From Bythopirellula sp. (lineage in GTDB: Bacteria; Planctomycetota; Planctomycetia; Pirellulales; Lacipirellulaceae), in the NCBI GenBank assembly GCA_965216565.1, contig OZ244170.1, forward strand, positions 2,368,001 through 2,432,000: 64,000 nucleotides of DNA. Direction: 5' to 3'. A program made the translations under genes and the position numbers. The notes under the pieces are model-generated. The model had not been told where the DNA came from, made no database searches, and worked only from the letters and a program-made list of their open reading frames with translations. This document shows positions 9,700 through 23,848 of this stretch, one piece after another (the stretch's first letter is position 1; each line of letters begins with the position of its first letter).

Positions 9700-10089
9700 G
9701 TGTCGTCCTACAGACTGTTTCGAGAGGCTAGCGTGGATCCATTTCCTGAAGATTGGGAACTTCTGGCTCTATTCGAGGTCGAGCCCGTGCTCACTGACCT
9801 AAACGTCCCTTGGTCTTACAACAAGCTGACGTTTGAAACTAAGAGGGAAGAATACCTTGTTCGGTGTGAGATTGAGCCAAGTTATGAAATCATTCGACTC
9901 TCATGCTGGCAGATGGGACGAGAGCTTTTCTCTCTCGACCTACACTGGGTAATTTCTTTGCGAGTGCACACGGGAGAGGGCAAAGACTACTTCGTAGCTC
10001 ACTTCCGCGACCCCAATCTTCTTCCTCTCGAATTTCATCTAAAACCCTCGGTTAGATTGCTTTGGGGAACAAGCTCTGATTGTCCTTAA
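9700..10089 (+). CDS. Hypothetical protein
   Basis: 129 aa ORF directly after the radical SAM gene, with globular-looking composition; family not recognised. Confidence 0.55.
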   Translation: MSSYRLFREASVDPFPEDWELLALFEVEPVLTDLNVPWSYNKLTFETKREEYLVRCEIEPSYEIIRLSCWQMGRELFSLDLHWVISLRVHTGEGKDYFVAHFRDPNLLPLEFHLKPSVRLLWGTSSDCP

Positions 10090-10200
10090 GCTCTACTAGT
10101 TCCCCGCCGGGGGCTTATTCCGGCTTACATCTAAACGCAATCTGCATTCGCATTGAAGCTGATTCGTCCGTGCTCGAAGCGGTTCGTGTGTTGCCTAAGT

Positions 10201-10356
10201 CCGTAGGCTGGGTTAGCCGCTAGGCGTAACCCAGCTTTAGGTTATGTCAGAATTGTCACCGCACCTCTGCCTGCCGGTATCCCACAATGGAGCATCTAAT
10301 TCTGAGAGGCCAATGAGGGATGCTGGGTTACGCCTAGCGGCTAACCCAGCCTACGG
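10201..10356. repeat. REPIN-like element: inverted pair of GTAG-type REP palindromes
   Basis: CCGTAGGCTGGGTTAGCCGCTAGGCGTAACCCAGC (10201-10235) is the exact reverse complement of 10322-10356; each copy is internally palindromic. Confidence 0.9.
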
Positions 10357-10453
10357 TACTACGATTCTGTGCTGCTGAAAAAAGCTGCTACAATAACGAA
10401 AGCAATCCAGCAGCAGTAGCACCGAAGAAACCTCGTGGGGGAGGGCCCTCTTT

Positions 10454-11281
10454 TTGGCGGAGCGATCTAAATCTGCGGAGCAAGATCCGCGTCGGTTGCT
10501 TGCGGAACGTCGCATGCAGGCGGCGCATGCGGAGTTGGAAGCCAAGGAGGCTGAATCTTCTCGCTCGCGTCGCAAACCTAAACCGACGAGGGACCGAGAT
10601 TTCAAGGCCGCCGATCTGCAGCCCTCGATCTCCGGTTCTACGATTATCCATTGCATCTTGCTGATGATGGTGCTCCTGCTCTGCGACCTCTCGGTCATCG
10701 GTTGCCTGATCTTGCTGAGCGTGGTGCCCATTGCTGCTTGGGCGACATGTTTGGCAGCGGGCGTGCTCAATGCCGTCGGGCTCTCCTACGCATCGGCGTA
10801 CTATCTGGGAGTCATCGAATCGACATCCAACGGACATACGACTCCCGATGAATCGTTGCGGGAAGATTGGCGGAGTTGGTTTTGGACCTTGCCCTCCACC
10901 CTGGGCATGTTGGCGCTCGCGGCGTTTGTCGGCTATGGCTTGAGTCGTGTCGTTCCCAATTTATCGATCGAGATCATCGGCATCACCACTTGGTTCCTCT
11001 ATCCAATTCTCCAACTCTCGACACTAGAGACAGGATCACCGCTCGAACCAATTTCTATGCCGATACTCCGCACGCTCGTTACGCGGCCCTTGGCCTGGTT
11101 AGCGTTCTACTCTGTTTCTTTTCTGTTCATGTTGTTTGGTTATGTGCTTATGCGGCTCACTTGGATGGATCCACCGATCCTTTCGGTATTGCTCGGCGGA
11201 CCGATGGAGGCGGTTGGGTTGTTATGCTACGGTTGGATGTTGGGGCAACTTGGCAAATACTTCACGCTGGGTGGTGGATAA
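10454..11281 (+). CDS. Hypothetical integral membrane protein
   Basis: Charged N-terminus followed by about 6 hydrophobic segments; G-rich RBS-like sequence upstream. Confidence 0.7.
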   Translation: MAERSKSAEQDPRRLLAERRMQAAHAELEAKEAESSRSRRKPKPTRDRDFKAADLQPSISGSTIIHCILLMMVLLLCDLSVIGCLILLSVVPIAAWATCLAAGVLNAVGLSYASAYYLGVIESTSNGHTTPDESLREDWRSWFWTLPSTLGMLALAAFVGYGLSRVVPNLSIEIIGITTWFLYPILQLSTLETGSPLEPISMPILRTLVTRPLAWLAFYSVSFLFMLFGYVLMRLTWMDPPILSVLLGGPMEAVGLLCYGWMLGQLGKYFTLGGG

Positions 11282-11315
11282 TTATATTTTTTTTTTGGGG
11301 GGGGGGTACGCGATC

Positions 11316-11924
11316 GTGACGACTCTACAAAAATCGAAAACGCTGTATGCTTCTATCCACATCGCTTTGCTGTTGATGTTAGTCGGCTGCGGTTCCCAAC
11401 CGGCTGAAATCCCGACGAGCTACGCCCCGTACTTTTCCAAAGGTGGAACCTTCCAGTGCGAGGTCCCGGAAGACTGGGAGGCCAAAGGGGGCGGCAAGCA
11501 TGGTCCTGAGTGGGCGAAGATCGCTTCCGGCGATGCGTTGATTCACATCAAGGTCGGCGTGGCCGGCTCTTTGATGAACGACGCGGCAGGTGGAAGTATC
11601 CCCGGCGGAGGGGGCCTCCCACAGTTTGAACCCGTCCATGATATTCACATCGTCAATGCGGAAATCGCAGAGCAGCAGTACCCAGAATACACCGAACTTG
11701 CAGGTAGCCCGGTAGTGCTCAAATGCAAGCTGGGCCCCGCGCGAATTAGCGAGTTCACCGCCCAATCGGCATTCGGCACCGACCAGCACGGTTATCGCGC
11801 CACAATCATCGGCCACAGCAAATCGCTCAATGTCATTTGCATCTGCAACGAATCTGATTGGGCAGCACTTAAGCCAACTTTCGACAGAGTCTTCGTCACG
11901 CTGGATCGCGGTACGAGCGAATGA
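11316..11924 (+). CDS. Hypothetical lipoprotein
   Basis: From GTG at 11316: MTTLQKSKTLYASIHIALLLMLVG-CGSQ, a lipobox-like signal. Confidence 0.65.
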   Translation: MTTLQKSKTLYASIHIALLLMLVGCGSQPAEIPTSYAPYFSKGGTFQCEVPEDWEAKGGGKHGPEWAKIASGDALIHIKVGVAGSLMNDAAGGSIPGGGGLPQFEPVHDIHIVNAEIAEQQYPEYTELAGSPVVLKCKLGPARISEFTAQSAFGTDQHGYRATIIGHSKSLNVICICNESDWAALKPTFDRVFVTLDRGTSE

Positions 11925-11947
11925 ATCCGCTAAGCGGCAACCCACTA

Positions 11948-11990
11948 GTCCCCCACCCACGTTTTCGGGGGAGGGGTTAGGGCAGGGGGC
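11948..11990. repeat. C-rich/G-rich palindromic repeat between convergent genes
   Basis: GTCCCCCACCCACGTTTTCGGGGGAGGGGTTAGGGCAGGGGGC; related copies near 35646 and 38184-38213. Confidence 0.55.
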
Positions 11991-11992
11991 TT

Positions 11993-13318
11993 TCACAATT
12001 CGTACAAATTCTCGAAATCGCGTCGCACACTGCGTCGGACAAACAACCTGCAAAGACCACCCAACACCAACAGTTGCCAGGAGAAAGGCTCGGGGATAGC
12101 CGCTACGGAAGCTGGGGTGCCAGTCCACTCTTCCTGCCACTTTAGAAAATCCAAACCGTCAACGTGGCCATCGCCATTGGCATCCCCCTCGGAGCGCAAC
12201 GTGCCTGTGGCGTAGCCCGTCTCCCAGACTGTACGATCGGCGGAATCGACCGTCCTGGTGAAATTGAAATCACTTCCCGCGATGCTCGGCAAACGAAAAT
12301 CGACCACCACCGGCAGGTGATCGTAATTGTCACCAAACGTATCGACCGTGATGTCGTAAAGCTGAAGCCCTGTAGCGACACGCTCTGCCGGGCTCATGGC
12401 AACCGTATTCAGCACAAATTGATTACCGACGTCCAACACCGAATCGGAGTAGATAATGTAATCGAGGACTCCGGGATCGAAGCTTGAGTTGTCGTTTCTC
12501 CAAGTGTATTCGTCGGTGCCCGAGCCATTGTGAACCGGACGGGCATCGGTCAGATGGCTGCCATCCCAATCGGGAATAAAATCGGGGCCGTAGGTCGATT
12601 CGTCGATGATATTGCCGTCGATCAAAGTATCGAGCGGTTGAGGTCCGCCAACGATATTCAAATCTCCCAAGACCGCAAACGGTGTTCCCGGCGTTAGGTC
12701 GACCGCACCGCCGGGCGTGCGTGCATCGCGAAGCCAATTGACGATGGCGTCCGACTGCTCTTGTCTCTGATCGTCTTCACTGCTTCCTGGACTGCCACAA
12801 CATTTGTAATGGTTGTTCATGAAATAAAAATCAGACTCGAATTGCGCATCGGGCAAGTCGACCAGCGCGATCGCTTGTTGCCTATCCCCTGAGGGAACCG
12901 TATCGACGGCAGTCATCGAGAGCGGGTACTTGCTGGCAATCACATTGTCGCCACCCTGATGCACCTGCCAGCCATTGCCACCGATCGGGTCAATCGTATT
13001 GAGCAACGTTTGCACGTCCGCCGCTGTCTTCGGGATGCAGGACTGACAAAAGAAGTGGCCGATCTCCTGCAGATTCCAAATGTCGGCGTCCAATGCGGCA
13101 ACCACCCGTTCGAACTTAGCCGCTTGTGACGGATTGTTTTCGGCAAAAATCGTATCCCACAAGACGTTGTAGGAAACAACCCGCAAATCCGTGGCTTGCT
13201 GACGATCAACAAAAGTCCCAGTCTGGGCCGTGACACGGGGGGCCTGGCAAAAGACAAGTGCCAAGAATAGCCAACCCAAAGTCAGCGAACCTACCAGCTG
13301 AAAGTCTAATCTGTACAT
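11993..13318 (-). CDS. Secreted endonuclease/exonuclease/phosphatase-family protein with dockerin-like EF-hands and a PEP-CTERM tail
   Basis: Signal peptide; SYNV, LQE, GDLN, LDYI and DHLPV motifs; GDANGDGHVDGLDF; IPEP plus TM segment plus RR. Confidence 0.85.
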   Translation of the reverse strand: MYRLDFQLVGSLTLGWLFLALVFCQAPRVTAQTGTFVDRQQATDLRVVSYNVLWDTIFAENNPSQAAKFERVVAALDADIWNLQEIGHFFCQSCIPKTAADVQTLLNTIDPIGGNGWQVHQGGDNVIASKYPLSMTAVDTVPSGDRQQAIALVDLPDAQFESDFYFMNNHYKCCGSPGSSEDDQRQEQSDAIVNWLRDARTPGGAVDLTPGTPFAVLGDLNIVGGPQPLDTLIDGNIIDESTYGPDFIPDWDGSHLTDARPVHNGSGTDEYTWRNDNSSFDPGVLDYIIYSDSVLDVGNQFVLNTVAMSPAERVATGLQLYDITVDTFGDNYDHLPVVVDFRLPSIAGSDFNFTRTVDSADRTVWETGYATGTLRSEGDANGDGHVDGLDFLKWQEEWTGTPASVAAIPEPFSWQLLVLGGLCRLFVRRSVRRDFENLYEL

Positions 13319-13473
13319 TGTACGGTTGTTCCTGAATTGACTGTGCGCGGACTAGCTCCATTGTCAGCCCCACTCACTTTTGGGATAATTATTAGTTTAC
13401 ACAAATCTTTCATTGCTGAACTGCAGAAAACCTTGCCATGACTCAGCAGGTTTGACCAAAAGCCAGGATTACG

Positions 13474-17184
<3,711 letters not shown>

Positions 17185-17250
17185 TCAAACTCTGTCACTC
17201 GTCAGTGTGAGGTGCCACCGCGCAGCGGGGGTATACCGTTCCTGCCTGCC

Positions 17251-18402
17251 TTATTGTTCCTCAGTAGCAGCTTTATTCTGCTGGTCTTCGACCTCGAATT
17301 TCAAAGCTGCAGAGTTCATGCAGTAACGAAGGCCCGTAGGTTCAGGTCCGTCGTTGAAGACGTGTCCTAAGTGGGCATCGCAGCGGGCACAGCGGGTTTC
17401 GGTTCGCGTATAAAGGAGTTTGCGATCCTTGTGCTCAGAAACGTTGTCTTTATCGATGGGCTGATAGAAGCTGGGCCAACCCGTGCCCGACTTATATTTG
17501 GTTTCTGCATCGAAAAGCGGCAGTCCACAACATACGCACTTGTATACGCCATCGCGTTTGTTATCCCAGTATTCATTCTGGAAAGGACGCTCTGTCCCTT
17601 CTTGCCGCGTGACGCGGTACTGCTCGGGCGTGAGTTTGCTCTTCCAGTCTACCTCTGACCAGTTGACTTCCTCGGCTGGACTCGATTCTTTGCTTTCCAT
17701 GTTGCCCTCGTCATTCTTTCTGAGAATTCCGTCGAATGCCTTACGGAATTTGCTAAGCTTCGGTGCGATGATTGCTCGGCAATAACCTTGCTCGGGGTTA
17801 CGACTAAAGTAATCCTGATGATATTTCTCGGCGGGATAGAATTCCTCGGCAGGGCTAATTTCCGTAACAATCGGACCGGCAAAAGCGCCTGACTCATCCA
17901 GTTTGGATCGGATCTCTTCGGCGATTTCCTTTTGACTTTCGTTCTCGTAGAAAATCACGGAGCGGTATTGCGTTCCGACGTCTGCTCCCTGTCGATTGAG
18001 CGTAGTTGGATCGTGTGTTCGCCAAAAGACTTCCAGCAATTGGGCAAAGGAGACTTTCTGCGGATCAAACTCGATTCGAACGACCTCGGCATGGCCGGTA
18101 AAACCAGAGCAAATTTCTTCGTAGGTAGGATTTGCTTTCTTTCCTCCGCTGTAGCCTGAGGTTACTGAGTGAACGCCGTCAATTTCTTGATAAACAGCCT
18201 CGGTACACCAGAAACAGCCGCCTCCAAACGTGGCTTTGGCTAAGTTAGAATCTTGGTTCATTTTTTCCTCAGCTTGATCAGACTTAGTGTCACTTCCCTG
18301 TGAGAGCGGTTGCTCGGCGGGCGGGATCGCATAGGCTGCCAGGCAGACCAATGCCAGGCCAAAAAACAATGTTAGATAATGCGTAAGCTTGAAGCGAATC
18401 AT
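17251..18402 (-). CDS. msrAB: Bifunctional methionine sulfoxide reductase MsrA/MsrB with signal peptide
   Basis: GGGCFWC (MsrA); GTGWPSF, HLGHVF and RYCMN (MsrB); hydrophobic N-terminal leader. Confidence 0.95.
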   Translation of the reverse strand: MIRFKLTHYLTLFFGLALVCLAAYAIPPAEQPLSQGSDTKSDQAEEKMNQDSNLAKATFGGGCFWCTEAVYQEIDGVHSVTSGYSGGKKANPTYEEICSGFTGHAEVVRIEFDPQKVSFAQLLEVFWRTHDPTTLNRQGADVGTQYRSVIFYENESQKEIAEEIRSKLDESGAFAGPIVTEISPAEEFYPAEKYHQDYFSRNPEQGYCRAIIAPKLSKFRKAFDGILRKNDEGNMESKESSPAEEVNWSEVDWKSKLTPEQYRVTRQEGTERPFQNEYWDNKRDGVYKCVCCGLPLFDAETKYKSGTGWPSFYQPIDKDNVSEHKDRKLLYTRTETRCARCDAHLGHVFNDGPEPTGLRYCMNSAALKFEVEDQQNKAATEEQ

Positions 18403-18599
18403 GGATGTTGCCTCCTCAGGGCTCGCAAAAGTAGCCGATGTCTACAGGAATAGACGGCTCAAGCAAGTATCCCTTACAACATTATTGATTTTAGACCGAG
18501 ATTAGCAGACGGGCACCCCGCATTCCGCCGAACCTGGGAAGCAAGGCTTCTGAACCTGATCGGTTGCGATCCCGCAAGTCTCGATTTTAGCGTCGGATT

Positions 18600-19400
18600 C
18601 TAGCGCCGTTTGAGAATCGACCGCTCGCCGCTACGAGGTTCGGGACTGGGTGGAACCAATAGTTCGGAAGAATCGTCAGGCGCTGTCACCGGCCCCGGGT
18701 CCTGCTGCCTTTGACTACCGTCTGGATCGCCCAAGATTGGACCGGCTTGTGTGAATCGGTCTACGACCAACTCCAGAGTAAAAAGGGTAGCTTTGAAAGG
18801 CTGCAGCTTCGAAATTTTTGCAAACTCAGCATCGTTCGCAACATTGCGAAAACGGTCTAATTTTTTCTCTAGTGCTGACAAGTCGATTGCCACTTCCTCG
18901 ATTCCTGGCGAACCAAGTGCAGTATCGGGAATCTCTAGATAGCGTTGCCAACCTGTGGGGTCGTCAAACTTCTCAAGTGAATCATGCAAGATTCGGGAAA
19001 GATCCCGCAGCGCAGAGACTAGTTCGGTTAACTCTAGCGCCTCGAGTTCCGCAGGACTCGGCAATGGGGGAGTTTCAGCCAGAGTCGGTGGCTCGGCTTG
19101 CACTTGGCCGAAGCTCTGCGATTGCTCAGTTTGTTCCAATGCTCTTCGTTCGGCGCGGATCTGACGTCTTAGTAGTCGGCGACGGGGGCCTACTTGAACG
19201 GCGCCTGGATCCACGGCAACGAATGGGGCTCGTACCGACGTTCCACCATAGGCGCCAACATCGACGCGTACAAAGGGAGCACGGACGGTAAGCCCGCCGC
19301 CTGGATATCTGCGGACAATCTGACTGTTGGCGTCTCCCGCCAAAACAAAGGTTATGGCGAAAAGTGAAAGGGCAATTTGCAATCCAAGCTTGCAACTCAT
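18600..19400 (-). CDS. Hypothetical secreted protein
   Basis: Signal peptide from ATG at 19400; repeated VRAPFV motif. Confidence 0.65.
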   Translation of the reverse strand: MSCKLGLQIALSLFAITFVLAGDANSQIVRRYPGGGLTVRAPFVRVDVGAYGGTSVRAPFVAVDPGAVQVGPRRRLLRRQIRAERRALEQTEQSQSFGQVQAEPPTLAETPPLPSPAELEALELTELVSALRDLSRILHDSLEKFDDPTGWQRYLEIPDTALGSPGIEEVAIDLSALEKKLDRFRNVANDAEFAKISKLQPFKATLFTLELVVDRFTQAGPILGDPDGSQRQQDPGPVTAPDDSSELLVPPSPEPRSGERSILKRR

Positions 19401-19540
19401 GTTGAGTTCTCTTTTTATTGAGCGATCAATCGGGAGGGTATCAGGCGAGGCTGGAATTCTAGTCGATTCAACAAATCCAGGCAAACGCCCAATACGCACC
19501 AACCTGACCTGGGGTTCAGAAAGCACCCTAAACCCATACT

Positions 19541-20131
19541 TCAGCGTCGTTTAGCAGGCTTGTCGGTTGCGTCTATCTCAGCACTGGTGCTGGCAAGCTC
19601 CTTCACGCCCTGAGCCGGTCGGATGAGTCTTGCCCAGGCAGACAATTCATCCAGTTCACGCTCGTCGCTCGACACAACCTGGACATTGAATCCTTTGCTG
19701 GTGAAGAAAATGAATTGACGGACAAAAAGTCGCGTTTCGTCATCTTTAGCAAATTCCATCTCAACCTGAAGCGGCTTAGTGAAATCTGTGTCCTTCAGGT
19801 TTGGGACTCGATTAGAGACTAGCTTGAATCCGGAGTTCTTTAAACCATTTGCAATTCCATTCACGTAGCCTTTGAGGCCGGCAACTCGCGATTCCTTTTT
19901 CGAGCGATCGTAAGACGTCTCGATCTGAACGATTACTTTGCTCACACCTTGATCGTCCGAAAGCTGAACGTGGTAGCCAACGATTTCGTCTTCCACCCGC
20001 AAAGCTTGCTTCGATACCGACATCCCTTCGGGCGGTTCCGGCATGCTTAGCAGCACTTCGTGGCCAGCCTCCGCTGCGAGTGGCATGACGAGTGGTAAGA
20101 CGAATACAGCGAACACGATGCGAATAGCCAT
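19541..20131 (-). CDS. Hypothetical secreted protein
   Basis: Signal peptide ending AEA; AGGAG upstream. Confidence 0.7.
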   Translation of the reverse strand: MAIRIVFAVFVLPLVMPLAAEAGHEVLLSMPEPPEGMSVSKQALRVEDEIVGYHVQLSDDQGVSKVIVQIETSYDRSKKESRVAGLKGYVNGIANGLKNSGFKLVSNRVPNLKDTDFTKPLQVEMEFAKDDETRLFVRQFIFFTSKGFNVQVVSSDERELDELSAWARLIRPAQGVKELASTSAEIDATDKPAKRR

Positions 20132-20286
20132 ACTTGCTAGTTTCTCCTCACGAGCAATTAAGTTCGTATTACGTTTGAAGTTTGATTTTAAGTCAATTCT
20201 ATAATATCAAATGGGCATAAATCGTAACCGCATCGGGACGAATCGCCAATGCGGATGGCTTTGCTAGCAGAAATGCCCAGAGCATA

Positions 20287-20982
20287 TTAGAACTTTAGCT
20301 TCACCGCTTGGCACAGAAAGGCCATCCACGACTTTCCGGCACGGAAGTTGGACATGACCTCTTTTACTAGATCGGGACCAAACAGCACATCGTGATCGAG
20401 TTGATGGACAGCGATAAAATCTTTTCGCTTTAAATCTTCGATCATTGGATGCTCGGCATCGTATCCACGAGGGGGCCGCTTTAAACTGTCGCCCACTATC
20501 TGAAACCGATCGCGGAAGGCTTTGCCGCCTTTGGCTTTCTTCCAGAGATCAGGTTTCTTATCAATCATTTGACGAATCTTTCTTAATGCCCCCGAATCTG
20601 GGTGCCACATTCCGACTCCCAAGAACACCTCGTTGGGGTCGATGTGAAGATAGAACCCAGGTGCATGGACGTCGCGTCCTTTCTCATGACGAAATTGAAT
20701 TCCGACATTCGTCTTGTAAGGACGTTTATCTTTAGAAAACCGTACGTCTCGGTAAATTCGCATTAGCGAGCCGCCAACCGTTTTCGGCTCTGCTCGAAAA
20801 TGTGGCGAGAGCTTAGCCAGAGGCACTTGCATCGCCTCGATAAATGCCAATGCAGGAGTGCGGATCTCCTCTTCATAGCGAAACTTATTGGCCTGGAACC
20901 ATTTTCGATCATTGTTCTTTGACAACTCACTGAGAAAGTGCAACATGCTCAATGAGAATCCTGGAAATTTAGTCTTAAGCAC
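20287..20982 (-). CDS. DUF2461 (TIGR02453-like) protein
   Basis: NNDRKWF, RIYRDVRFSKDKRPYK, PGFYLH, LKRPPRGY; GTG start after GAGG. Confidence 0.9.
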   Translation of the reverse strand: MLKTKFPGFSLSMLHFLSELSKNNDRKWFQANKFRYEEEIRTPALAFIEAMQVPLAKLSPHFRAEPKTVGGSLMRIYRDVRFSKDKRPYKTNVGIQFRHEKGRDVHAPGFYLHIDPNEVFLGVGMWHPDSGALRKIRQMIDKKPDLWKKAKGGKAFRDRFQIVGDSLKRPPRGYDAEHPMIEDLKRKDFIAVHQLDHDVLFGPDLVKEVMSNFRAGKSWMAFLCQAVKLKF

Positions 20983-21207
20983 TCTACCTCTCCGCAAGGT
21001 TGTTGCTTCTCTTTTGTTCTCATACCCCTCCAGGCCAATCTGAACTTGGCAATTCGCAATCGCGCATTGGAGAACGGGACCGACTAATGCCGATATTCCG
21101 ATTGACACAATATCCTACCGCCGAGGGATCGGCCCTGCTAGTTTGCCCCACCGCTAGACCCGCCCATTCAGGCCCTACAGGCCGTAAACCTTCACAGGAT
21201 TCCAAGG

Positions 21208-22122
21208 ATGGAAGCCTTCCGAAATAGACTACTGTTCGTGCTGTCGCTCTGCGCTTTGGCCAGTGGTTGTGGACTGAACACGGCCGTCATCCAATCGGGT
21301 GGCAATGGTCGCAAAGGTGTGTTGCTCAACTATTCTTGCGGGGCACACCCCTGTGATCCCATCGATCCATCCAAGCCCACGATCGTTATCACACACGGGT
21401 GGAATCCTCTGCCCAAACGAATTCACACCACTTTCGGATGCGCAGGGGCAAACGCTCTGAAATGTCGCTGTGGCGATCGTTACAACCTACTTAGCTGGGA
21501 TTGGAATGCCGTGAAAGTTTCGCCGTTCAACGACGAACCCCTGCGCATTGGTAGATGCCAAGGGCGGATGTTGGCGGCGGCTTTGCGTTGCCGGGGGGTT
21601 CAGCCTTGCCGTACCCAAATTATCGCCCATAGCTTAGGAACCGTAGCCGCTTCTCAGGCAGCCGCATGCTTAAGCGATCTCGGCCCCATACGTCAGCTGA
21701 CGCTCCTCGATCCCCCTGAGCAATTTCACGATGAAATCTTCTGCTGCCTAGGAGCCACGAGGCATGCCTGTGTTGTGGAAAACTATTGGGCACCTGGCAT
21801 TAGCGGATATGGTGCCGAGGCGAATCAACGGGGCGTTCGAAATTACAAGGTGAAAGGCACCGCTCCGGTTCGCGGGATCGTCGATCTGAGCGTGTCGAAT
21901 CATGTGCATGTGATGCGTTGGTATTACGATACCATGCGATGCGGCTCGATCCCTTGCGGTTTTCAGAATAGTTGTTTTCCTTGCTGCAATTCTTGTCACA
22001 TTCTATCTGACAATGATCTAGGCACCGAAGAGAGCAACGAGAAACACCCCGAAGAGACTGTCGAATCCACCGGACAGGTCACATCAGCAGAAATTGAAGT
22101 GGCTTCACGCCCCCAGCACTAA
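21208..22122 (+). CDS. Cys-rich lipase-like alpha/beta hydrolase lipoprotein
   Basis: Lipobox LASGC; THGWN, AHSLG nucleophile elbow, LTLLDP. Confidence 0.75.
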   Translation: MEAFRNRLLFVLSLCALASGCGLNTAVIQSGGNGRKGVLLNYSCGAHPCDPIDPSKPTIVITHGWNPLPKRIHTTFGCAGANALKCRCGDRYNLLSWDWNAVKVSPFNDEPLRIGRCQGRMLAAALRCRGVQPCRTQIIAHSLGTVAASQAAACLSDLGPIRQLTLLDPPEQFHDEIFCCLGATRHACVVENYWAPGISGYGAEANQRGVRNYKVKGTAPVRGIVDLSVSNHVHVMRWYYDTMRCGSIPCGFQNSCFPCCNSCHILSDNDLGTEESNEKHPEETVESTGQVTSAEIEVASRPQH

Positions 22123-22132
22123 GAACACCTCG

Positions 22133-23206
22133 TCAGAGATCAAACTCTTCCAGGGCGTCGATCAAGTCGTCCAGTTCATCCTTGGCTGAGGCAGTGGGTG
22201 GTTCAGACTCATGGCGTCTGGGAACACCAATACCCACACCAAGCGGTTCGCGCCCGACTTTCATCAACTGCTCGTCCCGTTCGCGGGCTGCCACCTCCAG
22301 GGCCTTCTCGGCACCGGGCTCCCCCGGATCAGGAGCTCCAAATAACAGAGACAGATCGATCTTCATGTTGCCGCCAACTTCGTTGCTGCCGGCAATGGTG
22401 GGACTCTTATGTTGTGGGAAGATGATCGCATTCTCGGGACACACGCGGCTACACGCAGGGCACCCTTGCCGACAATTGTCGGGCTGCTCAACAAGAATCG
22501 TCTCTTGCCCATCGATGCCATAAACGCCAAATAAACAGAAGTCGATACACTCTAAGCAGTTGGTGCACCGACTAAAATCAATCACCGGATACCAGCGTCG
22601 TGCCACATTGCCCTCTACCGGCTCCGACGATGCAGGCTGCTTGCCACCATTCACACCAGAGTCGTCCGCATTCAGGTAGCGCTCCATCTGCTCGGGTTTT
22701 GGATCGCCTTGGATCCAGCTCCCTAGTTCTACCGTCGGCGTGCTGAGTTCCTGGGAAATTCGCTCAACCTCATCCAAGTACTGCGTGGCAGTTTCGTGAG
22801 CGCGGAGGTCGAGGCAATAGATGCGCCGCGCTGGCAACTCGAGTTGGTCGATCACGCGTGGCTTGGACTCTAAATCGTCTGCTTCCTCGGCGGCCTCTTC
22901 TTCGTCGCCATCTTCACCAAGCGATTTCAAAAGCGAGACGCCTTCGCGACCGCGCACTCCGTTGCGGTCCAAAATCCATCGCGCCGCCCGGGGGTAGAGC
23001 CAGCTACACACCACCACGTCGCCAGCCAGTCCCGTCAGGCAAAGCATCCCGGTGCCATCCGCCTTCAAATCGTAGAGGTGGGGCACCACGGTAACATCGA
23101 TGCCGGGCCTGCCAAGCAGCTCGCCGACGATAGACTCTTCGAGCATCCGTTTCTTCGGATTTTGGCTGCGGCTCTGAGAAACAACAACGGTAAGGCGATG
23201 GGGCAT
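22133..23206 (-). CDS. 2x[4Fe-4S] dicluster ferredoxin-domain protein
   Basis: CTNCLECIDFC and CRQGCPACSRVCP, plus an N-terminal domain containing VPHLYDL. Confidence 0.85.
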   Translation of the reverse strand: MPHRLTVVVSQSRSQNPKKRMLEESIVGELLGRPGIDVTVVPHLYDLKADGTGMLCLTGLAGDVVVCSWLYPRAARWILDRNGVRGREGVSLLKSLGEDGDEEEAAEEADDLESKPRVIDQLELPARRIYCLDLRAHETATQYLDEVERISQELSTPTVELGSWIQGDPKPEQMERYLNADDSGVNGGKQPASSEPVEGNVARRWYPVIDFSRCTNCLECIDFCLFGVYGIDGQETILVEQPDNCRQGCPACSRVCPENAIIFPQHKSPTIAGSNEVGGNMKIDLSLLFGAPDPGEPGAEKALEVAARERDEQLMKVGREPLGVGIGVPRRHESEPPTASAKDELDDLIDALEEFDL

Positions 23207-23361
23207 GTTCAAAGGTCAGCAAACGTAGCCGGGCAATTCTTGAAGACCCCCTGATTGTAGCCGATCGCAGGCAAGGGACAATGTGTGGCCGTTTTCGCAC
23301 AGACTTTACGGCAACAGAAAGTTTTTCCGACGTTAGTTTGTCAGGGGGTCGTCGAACCCAC

Positions 23362-23820
23362 TCACTTGTTCAATTGCCCTTTGATCGTCTGCTGAGTTAC
23401 TTCCCACACGGCTGCCAGATGCACCAGATATTCTTTGGGACTTAAAAGTTCGTGGCTCGCGACCCGTAGCTCAAACAGCCAGCCATTGCCGTACTTGTCG
23501 ACGTTGATGGCCGAAGGATCTTGCAACAAACTGTCGTTGATGGCCACCAGCTCACCGCCACAGGGTGCGTAGAGCGAGGCTTCTGCCTTCTGGCTTTCGA
23601 TCTGCCCGATCTCTTGCTTTTCAACCAGCATCGTGCCGGGCGGATGATCCCAATCGAGGAAGTACACATCTTGCAGCAAACGGACCGCGTAGGCGGCAAA
23701 GCCAAACTGGAATCGATCCTGGCCAGCCTCCTTGGCCCACATATGATTTCGCGCGTAAAGTCGATCCGACGGAAACTCCGCCTGATACTCGCCCATCATA
23801 AAGTGCAACTCGTCTACCAT
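23362..23820 (-). CDS. Glycine cleavage H-like (lipoyl-carrier) protein
   Basis: YARNHMW, IESQKAEASLYAP (lipoyl Lys retained), INVDKYGNGWLF; no gcvP or gcvT in the window. Confidence 0.85.
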   Translation of the reverse strand: MVDELHFMMGEYQAEFPSDRLYARNHMWAKEAGQDRFQFGFAAYAVRLLQDVYFLDWDHPPGTMLVEKQEIGQIESQKAEASLYAPCGGELVAINDSLLQDPSAINVDKYGNGWLFELRVASHELLSPKEYLVHLAAVWEVTQQTIKGQLNK

Positions 23821-23848
23821 TTCTATCAAACGCTAACTTTCACTTTGT

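Noticed and set aside
11379..12140. 253 aa minus-strand ORF
   Set aside because: Antisense to the lipoprotein gene and runs through a repeat; no motifs
13319..13473. Possible SAM or cobalamin riboswitch before metH
   Set aside because: Region is short and I could not find conserved riboswitch core motifs
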